In this document: positions 27,107 through 38,837 of the stretch, piece by piece
How the letters are laid out: every line of letters starts with the position of its first letter
Position numbering within the stretch: position 1 is the first letter of the stretch
From: Ophelia neglecta
Lineage: Eukaryota
Direction of reading: 5' to 3'
Length of the DNA: 64,000 bases
Assembly: GCA_965285935.1 (NCBI GenBank)
Contig: OZ260666.1
Location: 21,762,001-21,826,000, forward strand
Made by a program: the position numbers and the translations under genes
The notes under the pieces: generated by a model
The model's input: only the letters and a program-made list of their open reading frames with translations
The model's database searches: none
Told to the model about the DNA's origin: nothing

Positions 27107-29269
27107 TTATAGGACCTTAATTGCGGGGCGATCGTGTTGGCTGGGCCATGCCGTTCGGACCTCTAATTTCGGAATTAACTTTAGCACAAATATATTTGGT
27201 TTCTTTAATAAACTGTTATTCATTCTTAAAGAATTTATAATAGTCGTTACCCGCTTGGTTGATTTAAGCATGAATATTTCACAGCGCGGCACAAAACCTG
27301 CCATTGATAGAGCTATACGATAGGCCTTTGATTAAAAATGGTTTAATTAAAAACAAGAATATATAATAATGCATAATTATGATTTGTCATCGCTGACTCT
27401 GCGGCGCATTCTATAAACCATGTTTTTATGTAGCCTACATAAATTTTAATAGCTATAAATTTAAGAAGAATATAGATCTAAATATATTTCTCTGAATGGG
27501 ATTTAAGTCCTGCAAATGCCTTGTCGCATTGATAAATTGTAGTATATCAGTTTACACATTCAAATTGTCCGCCGTGCAATGGGACATGTCAGGTCTGGTA
27601 TAAGCCATCAGCAGACGATCGACCGGCGAGGGGGGGGGGGGGGGCAAGGGGGAGGGTACATGTAGCACTACGCTCTGTTTTGAACAATAAAAACATGCAT
27701 CAAAATGGTGTTTTTATTGGTCAATGTCAAGACTTACATTTATTTTAGCGATAGTGAGCGTCCAGCTGATCAAGACTATATATAAATACCAGTATATAGG
27801 CCTACGCAAGCATATAGATATACCCCTTATAAATACCAGTATATAGGCCTACGCAAGCATATAGATATACCCCTTATAGCGACGACGGCGGCACTTCGTG
27901 TTTTTGGTTTTCCCTCACATAATAAAATACATGTTATGCGTGTCCGCTCCCATGCAGAGGCAGGCTATACCCCCAAAATGCCATTGGAGAAAAGTACCAC
28001 ACCCCACCCCCTGCGAAAGACAACCCTAATTACGAAAATATTATCAATCGCCATCCATGCATGCAGTGGCCATCGTGATTCATGTCATAATCTTCTTGGT
28101 CCATTTCTTTGTCCATTTCAAGGCCACTGCGGATCTAGGGCAGTCTTAGGGTGTGTTATGGGGCGGCGGTGGGGGTTGGGGAAGGGTGTCGGGGGTGGGA
28201 ATTGGGCCGGGGGGGGGAGCTTTTATGAGGGGTTCCAACGCAATCACCCGGGCGAGATAACTCCTCCGTTCACCAGGGCAGAGTTCACAGGCCGGATTTC
28301 TTCACACATATCTTCCCGAGAGCTGACCCCGTGTCTTCATCCTTGCTCCGCCCCTCGATAGAATCTCGACAAAGCCTTTTGTCAGTGTCTCAATAAAGGA
28401 GGCTGCACCTTGTTAAGATCGGTCAAATATCGGGAGGAACGTGTTAATTGTCAATCGTACCCTGTAAGATATCTAGGTCAGATTGTCCTCCTGTGGCTTG
28501 TCATCAGATGTGAAGTCTCGTCGCTGCTTCACTAGAAGATTTACTTGTTTCAGCAGGTAAGATTTAAACAAATGATCATCTAAATTTCTTTAACAGGCAA
28601 GATACAGTTCTCATATAAAACTACTATAATATACAACCACGTGAAATGTTGTCTCCGGTTTTATAGCAGAAGACGCTTTCTCTTGGTATATTTAAGAACT
28701 TGTCTTACATCTAGCACAATGCCCGTCCTATTTTGTCCAAAAACAATGTCGTGCCATACTGGAATAACTTGTTATATATATATATATGTTTGAATTCTGA
28801 GCATGCATTTTGATATGCACAATTTTTTATTATTTATCATTCATCTTGTACTTTTCCTAAGCAGACGTAATCAAATATGTTCTTGCTCTGAGAGGGCGTC
28901 TATCACTGTTAAGGTTGAAACACCCACGTCACTGTTGCATATAGTTAGACGGGCCGTGCTATAAACATAAAACTACAGGATATACAGATGCAATATATGT
29001 AAACATCACACCAATGTTATTTTTTTTTTATAAATCTGAGATGAAATTAATTACATTTTCGGGAAAAAATGTCCAGTTTCCAATCTAAATAGTCCTTATG
29101 GGGAAGATAATGAAATTGACATAAACATTGGTACGGTGCACGGACTTAATTCTTCAATGTCTAGCAATTTCCAATAGGCCTACTTTGCCCGAAGTGCCAC
29201 AATAACACTGGGGTCCCAATGCACTTTACATGAAGGGGCTGTATAGTCCTGTGTTATCGCTCATACTAA

Positions 29270-29562
29270 GGGACGGACCATTAGATATCTAGGGGGGGGG
29301 GGGGGGGCAGAGAACTTGGCACTAGTTAGGAATTTTTTTTTCATGAATAAAGTTGACAGAAAATTTTTTTTCACCACAGAATCTGCCAGATTATTTTTTT
29401 CCTCTATATAATATATTTTTTTACTTAAAAATAATAGGCAGATTATTTTTTTTTATGTATTTTTCTGGCAGATTATTTATTTTTGAGAAAATCAAAGCCA
29501 GAAAATTTATTTTCATTTTTTTCTGGCCCCCCCCCCCCCCTAGATATCTAATGGTCCGTCCC
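29270..29562. mobile_element. PIF/Harbinger-type MITE
   Basis: Long TIR GGGACGGACCATTAGATATCTAGGGGG / CCCCCTAGATATCTAATGGTCCGTCCC; 3-bp TSD TAA (29267-69, 29563-65). Confidence 0.88.
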
Positions 29563-31103
29563 TAATGCTGCAGTAATGCAGTCCTGCGTAATAAATCTCA
29601 ACGTAGCGAGTTCCACACTATTTTCGATCAAGACATATAGGCAATGCATGTATACATGTATATTAACATGCTAGTATTTTTCGTACAAATCACGGCTCCG
29701 ATACTATCGCGTGTGATTATCAGTCTATTGAAGGACAATGATGCACGCACCCACCGCCCAAGTGAAAAAGAATTAATATTGCGGTAAATTAACGAAATTG
29801 GTTCCCTGCAGTCCAATATGCCTCTAGTCTTTTGGACTTAGGGCTATCATTGTTTATTCTTCGCTGTTGTCCTTTAGAAGCTGTTACCGGTCAATCCGTT
29901 TATGTTTAAACCTCTAGGCCTCGTGAGGGGGAATCCCTGCAGTTCCTACATTGATGTGCGATCAAGTCGTTCGTTTTAAGATTGCGTACAGAACTGATCA
30001 AATGGCCAAATTTCTCTTACCAAGGATCTAACATTTAATCAGCTTTCCCAGCCACGATCTGATTTTCTGACAAGTCGCTCTCAAAGTGCGATTTTCTTAG
30101 TTTCCCTGTTTTACATATACTTTTATTTTATTGTGGTTTGATTTTTCAAAGACCTTTTCTACCCCAACGGTATGCTTTTTGTCAGATTTCTCTAACGAAT
30201 GGTATGTTATTTTTGCCAGATATCCCTGATTAAGGATACGATTTTCTCATAATTTCTCAAATGATATGTAGAGACACCTCCCCCCTCCCCTCCCTCCGGT
30301 AATGGACCAACTCTATACCTCATACAAAATGTTATATTATCGCTAAAAGTATTATTGTAGAGCAAATAGACATACGAAAAATAATATTTGCATTTAGATA
30401 AAGACTAGTGCCGTGCTGATGGCGACATGTTTAGTATTTGTTAAATTAATGCCAACAAGCTCCAAAGAGTTTGTACCAATTCGAAGCAGTTTGTCCCTTT
30501 AGTGGACCAATTCGCAATCAAAACAACTAAACCAATTTGAGAACGGTTTGAACTGAAATTGAACACAAAGACTCCTTTCAATGGCGCAAATAATTTATTT
30601 TGTTGGAATACTGGTCTATTTAAATGTTGATAGCTTGGACTAGTTTATCCAGTTTATTTCCATGTATCGAAATTTGAATATTCCTGGTGTCAGATGTTTC
30701 AGTCTACGCATTTTAAATTTACATGTACATAGTACATATACATAGCAGTCATACTCTGATAATGGAGGAGATATTGATGGTCTGGGAAACTGGCTTTCAT
30801 TTAAGATTTTCGGAATAGGCCTATAGGAATTTTCGCCATTTCCGATTTGCTCTAATTCGGCTCGCCAAGTAACTGCCATTTACTATTAATAATCACACGG
30901 TATATATCATATAAATATATATATGTTAGTGATATCACAGGGACTAGCTTAGACGGTATCTGTGCGTGATGAACTTAACGGCTGTATTATTATATGAGAA
31001 TCTAGTGTGTCAGTGTATACTGATGCACATAGTCTACTGAAACGTTATTTCCAATGAAGTTTGTAGTGCGATACTTCTTTTTTTCCAGCAGACGACATTA
31101 AGT

Positions 31104-34100
31104 ATGCATTGGAAGGTGTTGCTAACGGTTACGCTGGTCTTGTCCTTGTACGTCGTCATTTCCGGGGTGATTTTCCACTTCATCGAGTTCAGTAACGAGG
31201 GTGTCAACAAGGATCGTATAGCAAATGCGACTGCAACATTTCTCGGTAGGACATCTGGTGGCTTACTCTGTCATTGCAAGCATTGTTGAACTGCCGCCGT
31301 TTGGTGTTTTTTTTTTTACATTAGGTTAACTATAGTAAATATTATTTCCTAAAACATCCTTTTGTTTTTTCTTTTAACTAATATCATATATGTAATTCAT
31401 ACTTTTGTTACTACTAACTATTTATAGTAGGCAGTAGCGGTAGTAGTACCTTGTGCTGAAACTGATGCCGAACTGTTATAGCAGATATGACTTATGAGTT
31501 CCGCAAAATATAAAACAATCATAGCTCAGAATTTTAACACATTCATTATGTTTTATTCCAGCTCAGCACCCAAGTGTTGACAAAGATGCCCTCAGGGCGT
31601 ACGCGATTGAGGTGATGGAGGCTTATGACTCCGGGGTGCTGGTCCCGGCTAACCAAACCGAGGCGTCCCACTGGGACATACCTGGCGCCATCTTCTTCGC
31701 CACCACGGTGGTGACCACTATAGGTATAAACCAAACTATTACACAAACATACATACATATACAGTGAAACCTGTCAATTAAGACCACCTAAGGGACTGTA
31801 AAATGTTGGTCTGTTTATGGTGGTGGTCGGCCTAGACAGGTTATTTTTATATTTAAAGTGTAAAGTAGGGTCTCCATATTAGTGGTCTGAATTGACAGGT
31901 GGTCTGAATATAGAAGTGGTCTTAAAGGCAGGTTTCATCGTACATTGACACCTTTGAATTAAGACCACCAAGGATGGTCGGATTTGGAGATGGTCTGTTT
32001 AGACAGGTTATTTAACATAGAAAGTATACCCCACGGTCTTCATATTAGTGGTCTGAATTGACAGGTGGCCTGATTATAGAGGTGGTCTTTAAGGCAGGTT
32101 TCACTGTACAGTGAAACCTGTGAATTAAGACCACCAAAGGGAATGGAAAATGCTGGTCGGATATTGGAGGTGGTCTGTTTAGACAGGTTATTTAACACAA
32201 GAAAGTATACCCCACGATCTTCACATTAGTGGTCTGAATTGACTCTGATTATGGTCTGATTATAGAGGTGGTCTTTAAGACAGGTTTCACTTTAAATATA
32301 CATGTATATGGCAGACAGTTCAGTTTGATGAGCGTACAGTTAGTTTTAATGGTATCTAACACTAATAATTCCTATTCTATTTAAGGGTACGGTCACATTT
32401 CTCCAAAGACGGTCGCCGGTCAAATCTACTGTGTTTTCTTCGCATTGACTGGGATTCCAGTGTGTCTTGCCATGCTCAGCGGGATAGGAGAATGTATCAA
32501 TTCATTGAAATCTAAGGTAGATATATCTTCACAGCTAATCCAAATAGTTTATTCATCAGTTTATTCATTCAGGGAGGGGTGGGGGGGGGGGGCAAAAAGT
32601 GGGCCTGGACCCGGGTCTATTTCTGGACCCACGCAAGGTGCTTTCAGAGGGTTGGTTACGGGTACAATCCAGACATATGCCTTGCCAGCCTTGGAAAATT
32701 TTGCCCCCCCCCCCCTTCCTGAAATCCTGGGTCCGCCACTGTTCATGAAACTGCGCTGTTCAAAAGGCACCTATATACTTGAAAGAAGTTTCTGGTGGAA
32801 ATGTTCATACATTTTTCAAAATGTGCTCGGATAGACGGAATTAAGAAAATGCTAACTGCAAAATGGTACATTATGGGGCTTTCCGCGCTGTCCAACTAAA
32901 CTACGGGCCATCAAATGTCGTCTAAAGCACGGTCCCACGATCTCGTTCAGCACGACCTAACAGGTTTTTCTCGCTGACCGATCCGCTATAGCGAAAAGAC
33001 TAATCCATGAAACACCGCGCTCCCAGTGTCCGCCGGACGGCTGCGTCCCATAAAAAATGGCCGCGCTCCCAGCGCCGGTCACAGCTTCAGCATGGCTACC
33101 TGATCCCATAGTTATTAACCCGTTAACCACTTGTTGGATATCGCCCAGAGATTGCAATGGTCACTATAGCAGACGACAATAGAGCTCCACGCGGAGGAAT
33201 CTCCTGTCTGCTCAGAACTATTTAGGCATTCACTACGACTCGCAATTAAATATCGTTATGATATCGTTATAAATGTAGGCTAGGATATATTCTTATGCAT
33301 TTATCTACGGTTACATTTTCAGATCGACAAGTCTGTGAGCAGGGCGTGTAAAGGGAGTAAGAAGAAGGTTAGCTGTTGCCGGAATCTGATAACCACGCTG
33401 CTGGCCATCTCTGTGTTTGTCATGGTGCCCGCGGTCGTTTTCATGGTGTTAGAGGATTGGTCATTCGGCGTCTCATTCTATTACGTCATCATCACACTCA
33501 GCACTGTCGGATTCGGTGACTACGTAGCTGGTAGGTTGTACCCTAGTAATATCTAAAACAGTATTTACATATGTAAATTAGTGTTTAATTTCACCATTTT
33601 TTTTATTCCGGGCAGTAAGAAGTTTTATTTTGTTAAAAGACAGATAGTAATCGGTTAGGTGTGAATCGTATTAAAGGTGAATCAATATAGTTAGGTGTGA
33701 ATCGTGTTAGGTAAAAATTAACACGGTTAATTGTGAATCAGCCCGGTTAGGTGTGATTCGTATAGAGTGTGAATGAATTTAGTTAGCTGAGAATCAACAC
33801 GGTTAGGTGTGAATCAATTTAGTCAGGCGTGAAGCAACACGGTCAGGTGTGAATCTATTTAGTGAGGTGTGAATCAACACGGTTAGGTGTGAATCAATTT
33901 AGTCAGGTGTGAATCATCACGGTTAGGTGTGAATCAATTTAGTCAGGGGTGAATCAACACAGTTGGTGTGAATTGTGTTATGTGGTACTCAACACGGTTC
34001 GTTGTGAATCGTGCTAGGTGTAAATCAACAAGTTTAGGTGTGAATCGTGCTAGATACATGTTAACCAACATGTCGAGGCGTGAATAGGTTAGGTGTGGGT

Positions 34101-35620
34101 TGGGGGATTGTCCTGGAGTTTCCTGCAATCTTTCAGGTTTAAACTAACCAGTGGGTGTCGGCAGAGCCATCTACCGTATATACTGGTAGTCTAAAGGGAA
34201 TAAAAAAATGAAAGGTAAACTTTTTCTTCGCGGTTTACGGTAAACATTTGTCCTGGAGTTTCCCGCATTCTTTCAGGTTTAAACCAACCAGTGGGTGTGG
34301 GCAGAGCCATCTACCGGATACTACTATGTGTTTACATTATCTTAGGCCTCGCGTGGCTCGCCAGCTGTATCTCGTCGATACAGGAGAGCTTTACCCAGAC
34401 GACAAGCCACGTGCAGGATATCAAAATAAAGGTAAGAATCTATCAAATCTAGTTAGTTTCAACAAAACGGGTTATCATATACATATATCGATCAAAATCA
34501 CAAAAATACATTGGCTTAGAGCTGGTAAGTCGCGAGCAATTAGTAAACCTTACTAGACACAATGGATGAGTATACATATATTTAAAAAAAGGAAAGAAGG
34601 TATCAATGTTGTTTATATACTGAGTTTATCAAATAATGTATATATAACATATGGAGGCTCCGTTCGCCACATTCATGCCCCCTGCCCCCCCCCCCCCCCT
34701 CCTTGACCCCCTTTCCCTTGTCGGCAGCGGTCCCCGCCTACATCCGCTATCCCATGCCCGCACCACCAACATCTAACTCCCAGTGCCCACATTTATCATT
34801 TACTGATTAACCTTGAAGAGCGTTTATGACCTTGCTGGGTAATCCATGACAAGTCATAATGAGCGTGTTTGTCCTTGCTGGGTAATCCGTGACAACTCCT
34901 AATGAGCGGGTTTGTCCTTGCTGGGTAATCCGTGACAACTCCTAATGAGCGGGTTTGTCCTTGCTGGGTAATCCGTGACAACTCTTGATGAGCGTGTATG
35001 TTATTGCTGGTAATACGTGACAAGTCATGATGAGTGTGTTTGTCCTTGCTCGGTAATCCATTACCATGACAAGTCGCGATGCGCGTGTATGTCCTTGCTG
35101 GGTAATCCGTGACAAGTCGTGATGAGCGTGTATTTCCTTGCTGGGTAGTCCGTGACAAGTCTTGATGAGCGTGTTTGTCCTTGCTGGGTAATCCGTGACA
35201 AGTTTAATGAGCGTGTTTGTCCTTGCTGGGTAATCCGTGACAAGTCATGATTAGCGTGCTTGTCCTTGCTCGGTAATCCGTGACAAGTCGTGATGAGCGT
35301 GTTTGTCCTTGCTGGGTAATCCGTGACAAGTTTAATGAGCGTGTATTTCCTTGCTGGGTAATCCGTGACAAGTCATGATGAGCGTGTTTGTCCTTGCTGG
35401 GTAATCCGTGACAAGTCACGATAAGCGTGTATATCCTTCCTGTGTAATCCGTGACGAGTCGTTCTTGTTCTTATTTTCTTTGTTCTAATTGCAGAGAAAA
35501 TCTTCCCCTGGTGATGCAAAAGACAAAAAAGGGTCCAAGGTATCTCCCGAGGTGATTGAAGTATACGAGGTGGAACATGACGTGGAATCCGATCAAAATA
35601 GATGGAACAGTCACATGTAA
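31104..35620 (+). CDS. Two-pore-domain K+ channel (K2P, KCNK16/KCNK5 TALK/TASK-2-like), paralog A, ~307 aa
   Basis: Exons 31104-31245, 31562-31723, 32386-32516, 33323-33530, 34277-34431, 35495-35620 (924 nt, in frame, GT-AG). P1 TTIG|YGHISP, P2 STVGFGDYVAG, four TM helices, M4 IYRILLCVYIILGLAWLA. Confidence 0.92.
31762..32292. mobile_element. Three tandem Tigger/pogo-like MITEs in intron 2 of K2P-A
   Basis: Same CAGTGAAACCTG family as 17901; units ~31762-31940, 31943-32106, 32109-32292, separated by TA. Confidence 0.8.
32557..32741. mobile_element. hAT5-like MITE (CAGTGGCGGATC family), 5-bp TSD TTCAT
   Basis: Right TIR GGTCCGCCACTG; degenerate left end; core shared with 49055, 54437 and 56494. 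Confidence 0.7.
33650..34095. repeat. Degenerate ~19-20-bp minisatellite (GTTAGGTGTGAATCAA...)
   Basis: Alternating CACGGTTAGGTGTGAATCAA / TTTAGTCAGGTGTGAATCAA units. Confidence 0.8.
34815..35458. repeat. 39-bp minisatellite (~16 units) in the last intron of K2P-A
   Basis: Unit GATGAGCGTGTTTGTCCTTGCTGGGTAATCCGTGACAAGTC(A/G)T. Confidence 0.92.
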
Positions 35621-36537
35621 AAAGTTTATTACCTTGATAACTTCTCCTCGGCAGTGGCGAGTACTCAGGAGATTAAATTCAGACGACACTATTGTGACCG
35701 TTCTTCTGAGTAGCAGTATCATCAATATAAAAGCTGGGGCAAGTAAGTTTACATACAATGTAGTGCTGGTATACTACTCAGGGTAGTGAATATAGGTTCA
35801 ATCGCAAATTGGTACTAAATCATCGCCCACATGCATTAAATGGTTCCCTTTCCTTGGCGAATCATATCGAATAGTACCCGCTGGTGAATCTACAGTAATG
35901 TTCCCTTGGCGAATTGGCACGAGTTGTACTGTCGCCAGACGTTGTGGCTTTCGCTAGAAAGTGTTCAAATTATTAACTTAAAATTCTATTTTTATAGTAT
36001 ACATATATGTATTTGTGGTACTTATATTGTGTAGTATATATATGTTATGAAAATCCAAAGTTTATTTTTATTATCTTTGTATATTTGCATTTATATATCA
36101 TAGACAAATATTATAAATGCCTAAGCCATTAAACTCAGAAACAAGCTTATCATCTTGTACAGTGATGTTTTTATATGATGCCGTTGATGCACTCAAATTC
36201 CTGTCACGTGTCCAAGTATAGCCACGTTTTTTGTATATTAAATCTATTGTATCAGCCAATCACCTTTCTTTATTTGTTCACACATTGGGAAATATTTCTT
36301 CAATGTTGGTTTTTTTCCTGCTTAAATCACCTACTCTATGCCAGGTTTAATAAGTCCTGTTATAAACATAAAATATAACATAAACTATAAAAAAGTATAC
36401 TTCATAATAATTATAACACATCTTTTTAAGTTATATTATATATGCTAGTCAACGGCCTCAGTGCACCACCCTCATTTTCCCCTTTTTAACGATTCACTGT
36501 CTCTAGAACGTGTTGGCTATCCTGGGGTTGGCTCTCT

Positions 36538-38769
36538 TTATTTCTTAGAAGTATTTCCATCTTCTTGGCTACCCGTGACAACCTCGGCAGGTTCCGTTTC
36601 ATGCTCGACTTTTTCCGTAACTGGCTCAGCAGATTCTTTTTCTGCCTGTGAAATAAACAAATAAACATTATTTACCCTTTATTAGCCTATCGTTGTCCAA
36701 TGCTTGGCAGTTTCTCCGTGTCGGTACGGGTTTAATTCTATATTAGATCGTGAACCGAACTACTTTATCAGTATATTACTACTTACCCGTAAACTGGCAT
36801 CTCCTTTTTCATTAGGATAGATCTTGGAATTATTCTGTGTTTTTCCGGTCGCTCTGTCGTCCTCCTTTTCCACTAGGCTGCTAAAAGCTTCCTGCACAAA
36901 AGCAATGAGGGTGGCCATCCAGGTGAGACCGAGAAGAATCCACACGGCCACAAACAGACGATACACTACCCTCCCCGCCGCCACACTGTCCTGGCCTGTG
37001 TAGTAGTATCAGAACCAAACATGTTAAAGGCGCACATCAGAACCTTATTCCCGGAGAATAGTATGCATTTTTGCCTAAAAAGATCTTTATTTAGTGTGCT
37101 TATTGAATTTCTTGACCCTGGGTAGCCCGAATAGTTTACAAATGTTATTCTTTGGAGCCCACCTCACAATGAACACGATAAACGGAATATTAAATGAAAA
37201 ATATTTATGTTAAGTCTTTAAAATAGTGTGCATTTGGTTTATCGAAATACGCTTCTAGTCTCAAATGTGTAATATACAATATATTTTTAATGAAATGTGT
37301 ATCCACTCGGATACGTTAATCTTTGCTCATGCAGCCTCTTTACCTTACTCAATGAATGAAGTGAATGACTATAATCTGGGATCTTTCTTTTTTTTATATC
37401 GGACCATAAACAACTGATATGTGACATGTATTCTTTTCAACAAAAAAAGTAACGCCGTCTGGATTTGAACCCCGGACCTCTAGCATGACAGTGGGGTATT
37501 TCACCACTAGGCCGCGAGTAACACGTTGATAGGCGACGTGTCTTACATATTAAAAGCAGGTAAACAAAAATTAAACCGGTTGGAGATCTGGCCTTATGCC
37601 ACATTCTCACCACTTGGATCAACACTTCCGGGGACAAGGACAGAGACCCAGCAAACAAACAGCTTCCATGCTCCAGCCGCGGGCTAGTTATCGAAAGACT
37701 TTGTAAAGATGCCCATTGAAACTTGTGAATTTGCACTCCTAGTTGAGACTAGGTACATCTGTATCTGCCATCTCAATTTTTGGCTATTGATTAAACGCGG
37801 ACGCGCGGAAACTATGCGGACGCGGAGGTCATGGGTATTTCTGAGTGTCATGAAGGAAAAAAAGCGTCAGCAGGCTAGGGTTAGGACGGAGGGTTAATTT
37901 CAGGGTTAGGGGAAGGGTTAGGGACAAGTTTAATAGTGCTCTGTTATAATTTCAGGATTTACTTCCGCAAGGCTCCGCGTTTCCGCTTTTAATCAAAAGC
38001 CCAATATTTGATAGGTCTAGGAACATCTGCCATCTCACTTTCTGTGAGGCCTCTTGTGTACATACATGTAGTTTCGTGATGTTCGCCACTTGTATATTAA
38101 ACTACTCTTTTATAACCCTCTGGTATATGTAAAAGTGTATTACTTCCGGCAGAGTTATGTAACCCTTGTTCGAAAAAACGACAACAGGTACATTTTATTC
38201 GTTTAGGAAAATACGATAATAATTCCATAATGCAGTAGTTATGTGGATTTTATCGTTGTCATATTAATAACTGCTTAAAAATGCTATTTGTTCTATTGTG
38301 GTTTATGTCCATACTGTTTAGTATTTATTTGTTTAGATTAACCAGATGCAGTTGTACAAGTTGGCTCCTGTGCAGCCTCCGTATGCGTTTGGCGTACACT
38401 TAACGGACTTCTGAAATATTCTCACCTGCAACGTAATCCCCGAATCCTATTGTGGTCAGCGTAACGAAACTATAGTAGAGACTGTCACCGTAACTCCAAT
38501 CTGTCTCCACAAGGTGAAATAGGAGCGGTAACAGGGCGAGGCATTTCAGTGTGTTCTCACATAACTTGCCAGGTTTACATTTTGTTCCTTTGGCGACACA
38601 TTTGAATATGACACCTTTCAGTTTTTCCGCCAAATTGGCAGTCGCCACGAGGAACAGAGGGATGCCAATACATGCAAAGAAAACACAGAAAACTCTTCCG
38701 CCCGTGGTCGAAGGCGATATGTTCCCGTAACCTGAAAAACAGAAATGCTTGAGGTTAACACGGGAACAT

Positions 38770-38837
<68 letters not shown>

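Noticed and set aside
34796-35419. Repeat-peptide ORFs and CRISPR-like array
   Set aside because: Intronic minisatellite with no spacers.
37450-37521. Functional tRNA-Asp
   Set aside because: Acceptor, anticodon and T stems do not pair; called a pseudogene instead.
37870-37925. GGTTAG repeats as interstitial telomere or telomerase RNA template
   Set aside because: Degenerate and internal to a TIR/TSD-bounded MITE.
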